From Acidimicrobiales bacterium (GTDB lineage: Bacteria; Actinomycetota; Acidimicrobiia; Acidimicrobiales; JAHWLA01), in contig DATLNE010000020.1 in assembly GCA_035536915.1 (NCBI GenBank), positions 15,044-79,043 on the forward strand: DNA of 64,000 nt. Reading direction: 5' to 3'. The notes below the pieces were generated by a model that saw nothing but the letters and a program-made list of their open reading frames with translations, made no database searches and was not told where the DNA came from. Below, one piece after another: positions 33,401 through 43,128 of the stretch (position 1 is the stretch's first letter; the number at the start of each line of letters is the position of its first letter). The position numbers were made by a program, and so were the translations under genes.

Positions 33401-34579
33401 TCAGTTGACGGGGGCGGGCACCACGGCGGCGCCCGCGGCCACAAGTGCGGCGACGATCTCGACGGGAACGCCCCAGTCGTGCAGCGGTTCCACGCCCTCC
33501 CCTCCCGAAGGACGAGGAGGCAAGGGCGCATCGGGCGGAGTACGGCCGAAGCGGGGCGCAGGGGCAGGCTGCACGATCCCGCCGACGTCGACGAAGGCGT
33601 CCCGGGCCACGTTGTGTGGGTGGCCGGGAGCTTCCGTCAGGCTCATGACGGGCACGGCGCAGGCATCGCTCGACTCCAGCAGCGTCGCCCATTCCTGTCG
33701 CGTTCGGGTACGGAAGATCGACTCGAAGCGAGCCGTGGTCGCCGGCCATGTCGACCGGTCGTGCTGGCGGTCGGGATCGACGTCAGCGGCGCCGATCCGC
33801 GTGAGGAGCTCCCGGTAGAACTCGGGCTCGACGGCGCCCACCGCCATGTAGCCGCCGTCGGCGGTTTCGTACGTCGTGTAGAAGGGCGCGACGCCCGACA
33901 GGAGGTTCGTGCCGCGCTGATCGGACCATGCCCCCGCATGAACGAGCCCGTGGAGCATCGTGGTGAGCAGCGCGGCTCCGTCGACCATCGCCGCATCGAC
34001 GACTTGCCCCGAACCCGATCCGACGCGCTCGTAGAGCGCGGCGAGGATGCCGAAGGCGAGGAGCAGCCCGCCGCCGCCGAAGTCGCCGAGGAGGTTCGCC
34101 GGGGGAAGCGGCTTGTCGTCGGGCCTTCCGATCAAGTGGAGCGCACCGGCGACGGCGATGTAGTCGATGTCGTGCCCCGCGGTGAGCGCCAGTGGGCCCT
34201 GCCCACCCCAGCCGGTCATGCGCCCGTAGACCAGCCGCGGGTTACGGGCGAGGCAGACGTCAGGGCCCAGCCCGAGGCGTTCCATCACGCCGGGACGAAA
34301 CCCTTCGACGAGCACGTCGGCTTCCTCGACGACGGCGAGGACGGCGTCCACGGCAGCCGGGTGCTTCAGGTCGAGGGCCACCGACCGTCGCCCACGGCCG
34401 AGCACGTCACTCGGCCCGAACGGAGCGACAACGTACGCCCCGTTCTCGCCGGACTTTGCCCGATCGACTCGCAACACCTCGGCGCCGAGGTCGGCCAGGA
34501 CCATGCAGGCGAAGGGCGCAGGCGCCAGGCCCGCCATCTCGACGACACGAAGCCCGGCGAGGGGCCCACGCTTCGTCAT
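33401..34579 (-). CDS. family III CoA-transferase (CaiB/BaiF) fold, alpha-methylacyl-CoA racemase-like
   Basis: The ATG at 34579 (ATGA overlap) gives MTKRGPLAGLRVVEMAGLAPAPF. RMTGWGGQGPLALTAGHDIDY closely resembles the AMACR/Mcr signature (GHDINY). Confidence 0.8.
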   Translation of the reverse strand: MTKRGPLAGLRVVEMAGLAPAPFACMVLADLGAEVLRVDRAKSGENGAYVVAPFGPSDVLGRGRRSVALDLKHPAAVDAVLAVVEEADVLVEGFRPGVMERLGLGPDVCLARNPRLVYGRMTGWGGQGPLALTAGHDIDYIAVAGALHLIGRPDDKPLPPANLLGDFGGGGLLLAFGILAALYERVGSGSGQVVDAAMVDGAALLTTMLHGLVHAGAWSDQRGTNLLSGVAPFYTTYETADGGYMAVGAVEPEFYRELLTRIGAADVDPDRQHDRSTWPATTARFESIFRTRTRQEWATLLESSDACAVPVMSLTEAPGHPHNVARDAFVDVGGIVQPAPAPRFGRTPPDAPLPPRPSGGEGVEPLHDWGVPVEIVAALVAAGAAVVPAPVN

Positions 34580-34992
34580 CGCGACAGGTCGAAGGAGGCT
34601 GTGCCGCTGATGGCAAGCCCGCCCGTCTGGCGCACGCAGCGAAGTTCGACCTCGACGGTGTCGCCCTCGACAGACGCCACCGTGCCGGAGCACTCGAGGA
34701 CGTCACCCGGCCAGACCTGCTCGAGAAAGCGCACGCGAAAACGACGGATTGCCTCGGCACCGAGCCAGTCCGTCGCGAAGGTGGCGAGGAACCCGGCCTG
34801 GAGCATGCCGATCGAGAAGACGGTCGGAAATCCCGCGGATGTCGCGAAGCCCTCGTCGTGGTGGATGGGGTTGAAGTCGCCCGACGCGCCTGCGTAGCGC
34901 ACGAAGTCGGTACGGGTGAGCGGGCCGAAGCTGCGTCCCGGCGCGCTGTCGCCCACCGCGATGGAAGTGGTGCTCGTCGTTGCCATCGTCAT
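34576..34992 (-). CDS. MaoC-like (R)-specific enoyl-CoA hydratase, hot-dog fold (catalytic subunit)
   Basis: 138 aa. Hydratase-2 motif YAGASGDFNPIHHDEGFA. ATGA overlap with the upstream hot-dog gene. Confidence 0.9.
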   Translation of the reverse strand: MTMATTSTTSIAVGDSAPGRSFGPLTRTDFVRYAGASGDFNPIHHDEGFATSAGFPTVFSIGMLQAGFLATFATDWLGAEAIRRFRVRFLEQVWPGDVLECSGTVASVEGDTVEVELRCVRQTGGLAISGTASFDLSR

Positions 34993-35399
34993 CCCTCCGC
35001 AGGGGGACGGCCCGTTTCGACCAGCGTGGAGCGCTGCTCCGCCACCAGTGATCCCGTGGTGTCCCTGAACTCGTGCACGATCGTGGCGAAGCGCATCACG
35101 CCGCCTCGCTTCCCCTCCTTCTCCCACTGCTCGCCGAGGCGGGCGCTCACGGTGAGCGTGGTACCTGCTCGGGGCGGGGGCCCGTGGAAGACGTACTCCT
35201 CCTCGCCGTGGAGCAGCCGGGCCAGCTCGTAGCCCAGGTCCTTGGCGCCGATCTCCTCCGCCGGCTCCCACGTCATCGCCGCAGTGGTGAGGAACGTCGG
35301 CGGCACGACGGCGTCGGGCGCGTCGTATGCCGGGTTGTCGGATTGGGTGGCGCGGGCGAACTCCCGGACCTTGCCGCGCTCGATCGGTATCTCGTACAT
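34989..35399 (-). CDS. MaoC N-terminal-type hot-dog fold protein (non-catalytic partner subunit)
   Basis: 136 aa, MYEIPIERGKVREFARATQSDNPAY. It lacks the hydratase-2 motif. The pairing resembles split ChsH1/ChsH2-type hydratases. Confidence 0.8.
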   Translation of the reverse strand: MYEIPIERGKVREFARATQSDNPAYDAPDAVVPPTFLTTAAMTWEPAEEIGAKDLGYELARLLHGEEEYVFHGPPPRAGTTLTVSARLGEQWEKEGKRGGVMRFATIVHEFRDTTGSLVAEQRSTLVETGRPPAEG

Positions 35400-35475
35400 G
35401 TATCGCTCCGTGAATGCCAGGCGTCGTCGCCACCTTGCGCGCCGGCCGGGCTGTGCCACAGCCGAGTACGCCCTA

Positions 35476-36504
35476 TCAATAAGACGGCCCCACCGCGGCT
35501 GCCCGTATTGCGTCGAGCACGTCGCGACGGACGTCGCCCGCGGGTTCGTACGGCATGGCGGGGGTGACGCGATCGGCGAGGTCGCCGTAGCGCCGTTGCA
35601 CCTCGACGCCGATCGCCGCCGGCTCGCCGACGACTGCGAACGCGTTGAGCATCTCGTCGTCGAAGACGTCCGCCATGCGCTTCCACTCGCCTTGCTTCGA
35701 CAACGCGTGCAGGACGGGATGGGCGTCACCCCAGCCGTGCTTCTCCAACACGCCGACATAGGCGGGCGTGGACGCATAGAAGGCCAGCTGCTGCTTCACG
35801 GGCTGCGCGTTCTCCGCCAATTCCGCGTCGTCGCGGCCCGTCACCACGAACACCGGGTAACTCACCTCCAGCGTCGAACGAGCGCGCCCTGCGCTGTCGA
35901 GTCCGCGTTGGACGGCAGGCAACGTCTCCTCACGCATGTACTGCTCGGTGGTGAACGGGTGGACGAAGAAGCCGTCTGCGACCTCCCCCGCCACCTCGGT
36001 CATTCGAGCACCCACTCCGGCGAGGAAGACCTTCGGCATCCCGAAGGGGTTCGGTCCCGGGTTGAACACCGGCGTCATGAGGGTGTGCGCGTAGAAGTCG
36101 CCTCGGAAGTCGAGTGGGGTGCCCTCGTTCCAGGCGGCCCACACCGCCCGCATGGCCAGGACGAACTCTCGCATCCGGGCCGCGGGCTTCGACCACGGCA
36201 TGGAGAAGCGCTTCGTCACATGTGCAGCGATCTGGCTGCCGAGGCCCAGGACGAAACGGCCCTCCGAACAGAGTTGGAGGTCGTTGGCGAGAACTGCCAC
36301 GGCCATCGGTGTGCGGGCGAAGGCGACGGCAATGGAGGTTCCCACCTGCACGCGTTGCGTCGACAACGCGGCGGGCACCAGCGGCAAGAAGGGGTCGTGG
36401 CTCGTCTCCGCCACGAACACGCCGTCGAGGCCTACCTCCTCCGCGTCACGGGCTGCGGCGCCCACCTCCGACGGCGTGCCGCCGACGATGACATCGACCT
36501 TCAT
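35476..36504 (-). CDS. luciferase-like monooxygenase (LLM) family, F420-dependent oxidoreductase-like
   Basis: The ATG at 36504 gives MKVDVIVGGTPSEVGAAARDAEEVGLDGVFVAETSHDPF, typical of LLM-class TIM barrels in actinobacteria. The cofactor assignment is an inference. Confidence 0.7.
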   Translation of the reverse strand: MKVDVIVGGTPSEVGAAARDAEEVGLDGVFVAETSHDPFLPLVPAALSTQRVQVGTSIAVAFARTPMAVAVLANDLQLCSEGRFVLGLGSQIAAHVTKRFSMPWSKPAARMREFVLAMRAVWAAWNEGTPLDFRGDFYAHTLMTPVFNPGPNPFGMPKVFLAGVGARMTEVAGEVADGFFVHPFTTEQYMREETLPAVQRGLDSAGRARSTLEVSYPVFVVTGRDDAELAENAQPVKQQLAFYASTPAYVGVLEKHGWGDAHPVLHALSKQGEWKRMADVFDDEMLNAFAVVGEPAAIGVEVQRRYGDLADRVTPAMPYEPAGDVRRDVLDAIRAAAVGPSY

Positions 36505-36506
36505 GC

Positions 36507-38121
<1,615 letters not shown>

Positions 38122-38127
38122 TGTAAT

Positions 38128-38141
38128 TGACAACGTTGTCG
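38128..38141. promoter_or_regulatory. LacI-type operator copy c (TGACAACGTTGTCG)
   Basis: It lies in the 33-nt gap between the HelD stop (38155) and the kinase start (38121). A TACAAT -10-like hexamer (minus strand, 38125..38120) follows directly. Confidence 0.65.
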
Positions 38142-38154
38142 GAAGCGAGAGGAA

Positions 38155-40440
38155 TCAGGCGAACTGCGCGAGCGGCTGGGGAAGTTCGCCTGCCCACACC
38201 ACGTCGAGGCGGCGCGTTGCCCTCGTCAGCGCGACGTACAGGGCGTGGAATCCTTGCTCGTGCTCCGCGACCAGCGCAGCCGGCTCGACCACCACGACGC
38301 TGTCGAACTCCAGGCCTTTCGCCTCGCGCACCGACAGCACGGCAATGTCCACGTCCGCCAGGTCGATCACCGGGTCGGCCCCGAAGCTCGCCCGGTGGGC
38401 GGCAGGCACGATCACGGCGACAGTCCCGCCCGCGGCATTGGCCTCGGCTGCCAGCGCGAAGGCCGTCGAGACAAGCTGACCGGCAGCGACGTGCGACCAC
38501 GTCGGCTGCTCTCCTGACGTTCGCACCGATCGAGGAGGACGAAGCTGCGGGGCCGCTACAGCAAGGACAGCGGCGGCAACCTCCATGATCTCGGCGGGGG
38601 TCCGGTAATTGATGTCGAGCTCCACCATCTTCGGCGGCTCGTGTGCCTCCAGCGTCGCCAGCGCCTCCTCCCACGACGACGGCGCGTTCGAGCCGCTCGC
38701 CTGCGCGAGGTCGCCGACCACGGTGAACGAAGATCCGGCGGCGCGGCGGGCGAGCAGGCGCCACGCCATAGGCGACACGTCCTGGGCCTCGTCCACGATG
38801 ACGTGGCCGAACCGACGGATGCTCTCGCTCTCGGGCTGCTCGACCACCTGCTCGGCTCCGAGCCGTTGGCGCAGTTCCCAGAGACGCACGGCCTCCGCCG
38901 GGCTCATCACCTGGTCGGCGCGCCATTCTCGTCCGCAGGTGGCGTACTCGCACCGCAGCCGAGAGGCATCCGAGCCGCGCACCACCGAGAGCTGGCTGCC
39001 GCAGCGTGGGCAATCGGGCAGGTGGTCCGACAATGCTTGGTCGATGCGCCACTGCTCTTCCACGGCGTCCACCGGCGCCGCCCGCGGAGGCGGCGACTCG
39101 GGGCCGAGCAGCGCGAAGGCCTCGTCGAGCAGGGGAACGTCTGCTTCGCTCCACTCCGGCTCAAGGCGCGCCAGCCCCTCCAACTCCGCCTCGACGAAGA
39201 GGCCACGCCCAGCGGCACGGAGCAGTGCGGGAACCCGGTACAGGTCGCCGACGAGCTCCTCGGGCGTGAGCCGCGGCCAAAGCGTGTCGAGCACCTGCCG
39301 CACTTCGGGGCGTCGCCGTACAGCGGCAACGAAGGTCGAGCGGCTGTCGGGGTCACCTGGGCCGCGGCGTCCGAGGCGCACGGCTCGGTCGAACGCAGCG
39401 ACATACAAGTCGTAGAGGTGGCGCAGCAGCACGCGCTCGACGAACGGACGGCGGGCGTTGTGCGTGCCCGGCCGCTTCCGAGCAGCAGCGACGATGCGCT
39501 TGGACGCCTCTACGGTCACGACCATCGAATAGACGCCGAAGCCGACTCTGGCATCCTGGCGCAGGCGCCGTTGGCGCTGGGACACCGCCCGCCGGACGAC
39601 CTCCGCCATGCGGGCGTCCCCCTTCACCCGCGCCGCCGACGGGGTGTCGTGCCCGACAACCTCGATGCCCAGAACGAGGTCGGCGATCGTCGCCATGGTG
39701 ACGGTGTCTTCGCCCAAGGAGGGGAGCACCCCTTCGACGTAACGCAAGAACAGCGGGTTGGGCCCGACCACGAGCACGCCGGTCCGTTCGAGGCGCTCCC
39801 GATGCGTGTAGAGCAGGTAGGCGGCGCGGTGAAGTGCCACTGCGGTCTTGCCGGTACCGGGCGCCCCTTGCACCACCAGGATGCCCGGCAGGCCTGCACG
39901 GACGGCGGCGTCCTGCTCCGCCTGGATGGTGGCCACGATGTCGCCCATCCGGCCGGTGCGCGTACGACCGAGGGCGGCGAGCAGCGCTCCTTCGCCGACG
40001 ACCTCGACATCGGTGCTCGCGTCGCCGAGCAGCTCGTCGTCGATGGCGACGAGGCGTCGCCCCCGGCAGTGGAAGTGCCTGCGACGTACGAGCCCCATGG
40101 GTGCCACTCCCGTGGCCCGGTAGAAGGCCTCGGCCACCGGTGCCCGCCAGTCGACGACCAGGGGTTCGCGGTGCTCGTCGTCGATTGCGACGCGGCCGAT
40201 GTAGTGACGATCGCCGCCTTCGGTGTCGATGCGCCCGAAGCAGAGTGGCAGGTCGCCGAACCAGAGCGAGGCCATGCGAGCCGCGCTGCGGTACGCCGCC
40301 ACGTCCCGTTCGTAGAGTGCTTGCGCGGTGCCACCAGTGCCCGACTCCGCTGCCTTCTCGCGTGCCGCGGCGCGCAGGACATCGAGCCGCTCGTACGCCC
40401 GCGCCAGATAGGCGCGCTCGCCGTCGAGCTCACTCGTCAT
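38155..40440 (-). CDS. HelD-like / UvrD-family SF1 helicase-like ATPase (RNA-polymerase-associated type)
   Basis: 761 aa. The N-terminal coiled-coil-like arm and YIGRVAIDD...VVDWRAPVAEAFY are a typical HelD/helicase IV opening. Walker A VQGAPGTGKT is present, and the C-terminal 1B/2A region ends LYVALTRATRRL. Confidence 0.8.
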   Translation of the reverse strand: MTSELDGERAYLARAYERLDVLRAAAREKAAESGTGGTAQALYERDVAAYRSAARMASLWFGDLPLCFGRIDTEGGDRHYIGRVAIDDEHREPLVVDWRAPVAEAFYRATGVAPMGLVRRRHFHCRGRRLVAIDDELLGDASTDVEVVGEGALLAALGRTRTGRMGDIVATIQAEQDAAVRAGLPGILVVQGAPGTGKTAVALHRAAYLLYTHRERLERTGVLVVGPNPLFLRYVEGVLPSLGEDTVTMATIADLVLGIEVVGHDTPSAARVKGDARMAEVVRRAVSQRQRRLRQDARVGFGVYSMVVTVEASKRIVAAARKRPGTHNARRPFVERVLLRHLYDLYVAAFDRAVRLGRRGPGDPDSRSTFVAAVRRRPEVRQVLDTLWPRLTPEELVGDLYRVPALLRAAGRGLFVEAELEGLARLEPEWSEADVPLLDEAFALLGPESPPPRAAPVDAVEEQWRIDQALSDHLPDCPRCGSQLSVVRGSDASRLRCEYATCGREWRADQVMSPAEAVRLWELRQRLGAEQVVEQPESESIRRFGHVIVDEAQDVSPMAWRLLARRAAGSSFTVVGDLAQASGSNAPSSWEEALATLEAHEPPKMVELDINYRTPAEIMEVAAAVLAVAAPQLRPPRSVRTSGEQPTWSHVAAGQLVSTAFALAAEANAAGGTVAVIVPAAHRASFGADPVIDLADVDIAVLSVREAKGLEFDSVVVVEPAALVAEHEQGFHALYVALTRATRRLDVVWAGELPQPLAQFA

Positions 40441-40561
40441 CGTGTGGCGGCGATCTGTCGATGTCGGTTTCGCTGACCCTGCTCATGGACCCGTGCTCAC
40501 GATCATGGCGCTTGCGTGGCGCAACGCCTCGCACGTGGCCGCGGTCACCCGTTCCTCCGGC

Positions 40562-41551
40562 TCAACCACCTCTGGCGTCCAGGCCTGCCGCCCGGTAGAT
40601 GTCGTCGAGCACTCGCATCGTCGCCACCGAATCGGCGCCGCCCGTGGGCATCGGAGCGCCGCTCCGCAACCCCTCGGCGACCGTGGCCAGTTGGTGCCAG
40701 TAGGTGGAGCGTCCCTCCACCGTCTCCCGCACCTCTCCGGCTTCGTCCCACACGGTGAGGGCGTGCCCGAGGTGCGGCACGAGCGGGTTGTCGACCCGGA
40801 TGCGCCCTCCGGTGCCCTCGACGACGAGCAGGGCGCCAAAGGCAGCATCGGGAGCCATCGACGTCTGAACGCGACCCACGATGCCGCCGGGGAATGCCAG
40901 TTCAGCCGTCATGGCCACGTCGATGCCGGGACGGCCCACCTCCGCCGAGGCGGCGGCAACTCGTGGCTCGGCGCCTACGACGGTCCGCGCCCAGTGCACC
41001 GCGTAGCAGCCGAGGTTGAGCATGGCGCCACCACCGAGCGCGAGGTCGTGCTGCATGCCGACCCCGTCGGGCTTCGGCACCGTGAACACGCCTTCGACCG
41101 AGACGACATCGCTGATTCGCCCGCTTCCGAGCAACTCCAGAAGGCGGGCGGCGAGCGGGTGGTAGCGCCAGTGGTAGGCCTCGACAACCGTCCGGCCCGC
41201 CGCATCTGCGGCGGCCACCAGCCGTTCCGCCTCGTCCGCGTTGGCCGTGAGTGGTTTCTCACAGAGCACGTGCTTGCCCGCTTCGACGGCCGCCAGCGCC
41301 CACTCGAGATGCAGGCTGGTAGGAAGGGGGACGTACACGACGTCGATCTCGGCGTCGGCGAGCAGCGCGTCGTAATCGGCGTAGACGCGCGCAACGCCGT
41401 GTTCCGACGCGAACGCCTCGGCCCGTTTGCGGTCGCGCGCCGCTACGCCGGCCACCTCGACGGAGGCCAGCTCCCGGGCGGGCGCCAGTACGGCATCGAC
41501 GGCGACGCGGGCGGCTCCGAGGAGGCCGATGCGAAGGGGTGAGTCGCTCAT
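40562..41551 (-). CDS. Gfo/Idh/MocA family oxidoreductase
   Basis: The ATG at 41551 gives MSDSPLRIGLLGAARVA (Rossmann). The EKP motif (VLCEKPL) is present. Confidence 0.9.
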   Translation of the reverse strand: MSDSPLRIGLLGAARVAVDAVLAPARELASVEVAGVAARDRKRAEAFASEHGVARVYADYDALLADAEIDVVYVPLPTSLHLEWALAAVEAGKHVLCEKPLTANADEAERLVAAADAAGRTVVEAYHWRYHPLAARLLELLGSGRISDVVSVEGVFTVPKPDGVGMQHDLALGGGAMLNLGCYAVHWARTVVGAEPRVAAASAEVGRPGIDVAMTAELAFPGGIVGRVQTSMAPDAAFGALLVVEGTGGRIRVDNPLVPHLGHALTVWDEAGEVRETVEGRSTYWHQLATVAEGLRSGAPMPTGGADSVATMRVLDDIYRAAGLDARGG

Positions 41552-41561
41552 GCCCCTTTGC

Positions 41562-43118
41562 TCAGATGGCCCGTCCTGCGGCTTCCCAGTACGGGGCCCG
41601 CAGCTTGCGCTTGAAGATCTTTCCGGAGTCCTCCCGCGGGAGCTCGTCGTGGAAGGTGACGAGCCTCGGGACCTTGAACCCGGCGAGGTGCTCGCGCACG
41701 TGAGCCTTGACGGCGTCGACCGTGAGCTCGCAACCCGCTTCGCATTCGACGGCGGCAGCCAGCGACTCACCGAACTCCTCGTCGGGGATGCCGAACACGG
41801 CGCAGTCGCGCACACCTTCGAGCTTCAGCAGACAAGCCTCTATCTCGATGGGATAGATGTTCACGCCGCCCGAGATGACCATGTCGCGCTTGCGGTCGCA
41901 GAGGTAGAGGAAGCCGTCCTCGTCGAGGTAGCCGATGTCGCCCACGGTGACGAGTCCTTGGCGCTCGACCTCCGACCGCGCATCGGGCTTGCCCTGATAG
42001 GTGAAATCCGGGTACCCGGCGGCGCGGACGTAGACCTCGCCGGGCACGTTCGGCGGCTGCTCGTTGCCGTGCTCGTCGAAGATGCGCACGGACGCGGTGG
42101 CCAGCGGTTGGCCCACGGTGCCCGGATGGGCGAGCCACTCCTCACTCGTGCAGCCGACGATGGCGCCGGTCTCGGTCCCGCCGTAATACTCGTGGACGAC
42201 AGGCCCCCACCACTCGATCATCGCCCACTTGACGTCAGGCGGACACGGCGCCGCGGCGTGTACGACGTGGCGGATCGACGACACGTCGTAGCGGGCGCGC
42301 ACGGCGTCGTCGAGCTTCAGCAACCGCACGAACATCGTGGGCACCATGTGCAAGTGGCTGATGCGGTGAAGCTCGACGAGCTCGAGCAGCTCCTCGGCGT
42401 CGAACCGCGGTTGCAGCACGACGAAGCCGCCAAGCTGGGCAGCGATCAGGGCGTGGTTGTTCGGTGCCGTGTGGTACATCGGTCCGGTGACCACGGTGCG
42501 CATGCCCGGCTCCAAGCCGAGGAAGCGCTTGAGCTCTTCGTGGTACACGGCTTGCAACTCGGGGTCGAGGCCCTCGGGCAGGCGGCGTACACCCTTGGGA
42601 CGGCCGGTCGTGCCCGAGGTGTAGATCATCGAGAGCGGCGCACCCTCGAGTTCCCTGTCCCACGGGTCGAACCCTTGCAACCAGTCGCTCCACGACGGCA
42701 CGTCGGCGGGCAGTTCGCACAGCGCGGCGATGTCGTAGCGCTTGGCGACCGCGGCCGGCGTTGGTACACCGATCACGGCCACGCCCTCGGGCACGGCAGT
42801 CCGCAGAGGGGCGAGGAGGTCGGCATGGACCACGAGGACCTTGGCCTTGCTGTCGGCCAGGATGTAGCCGACCTCGTCAGCCGTGCCATGCCAGTTGACC
42901 GGAACCGGGGCGGCCCCCAGTTGCGCGGCCGCGAACGACGCCTCGACGAACGGCAGGTCGTTGCGCATGAGCAGCGCCACGGCGTCACCGGGGCCGACGC
43001 CCAGGCCGGCGAGGCCGGTCGCCGCGCGCGCAGCGTGCTCCAACAACTCTTCGGTGGGCGTGAACACGTCGCCGGCCAGCACGCCGCCGTCGAACTTGAG
43101 GTTCGTGGTCAACTGCAT
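41562..43118 (-). CDS. AMP-dependent acyl-CoA synthetase (FadD-like)
   Basis: The ATG at 43118 gives MQLTTNLKFDGG. MIYTSGTTGRPKGV, YYGGTETG and GDIGYLDEDGFLYLCDRKRDMVISGG are present. It begins 10 nt after the GH2 stop. Confidence 0.9.
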   Translation of the reverse strand: MQLTTNLKFDGGVLAGDVFTPTEELLEHAARAATGLAGLGVGPGDAVALLMRNDLPFVEASFAAAQLGAAPVPVNWHGTADEVGYILADSKAKVLVVHADLLAPLRTAVPEGVAVIGVPTPAAVAKRYDIAALCELPADVPSWSDWLQGFDPWDRELEGAPLSMIYTSGTTGRPKGVRRLPEGLDPELQAVYHEELKRFLGLEPGMRTVVTGPMYHTAPNNHALIAAQLGGFVVLQPRFDAEELLELVELHRISHLHMVPTMFVRLLKLDDAVRARYDVSSIRHVVHAAAPCPPDVKWAMIEWWGPVVHEYYGGTETGAIVGCTSEEWLAHPGTVGQPLATASVRIFDEHGNEQPPNVPGEVYVRAAGYPDFTYQGKPDARSEVERQGLVTVGDIGYLDEDGFLYLCDRKRDMVISGGVNIYPIEIEACLLKLEGVRDCAVFGIPDEEFGESLAAAVECEAGCELTVDAVKAHVREHLAGFKVPRLVTFHDELPREDSGKIFKRKLRAPYWEAAGRAI

Positions 43119-43128
43119 TCCCCTTCGT

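Noticed and set aside
40507-40528. Calling the inverted repeat upstream of the HelD-like gene a rifamycin-associated element (RAE)
   Set aside because: I cannot reproduce the published RAE consensus from memory with enough certainty, and the repeat here is imperfect (one bulge). It is reported only as an inverted repeat to be compared.
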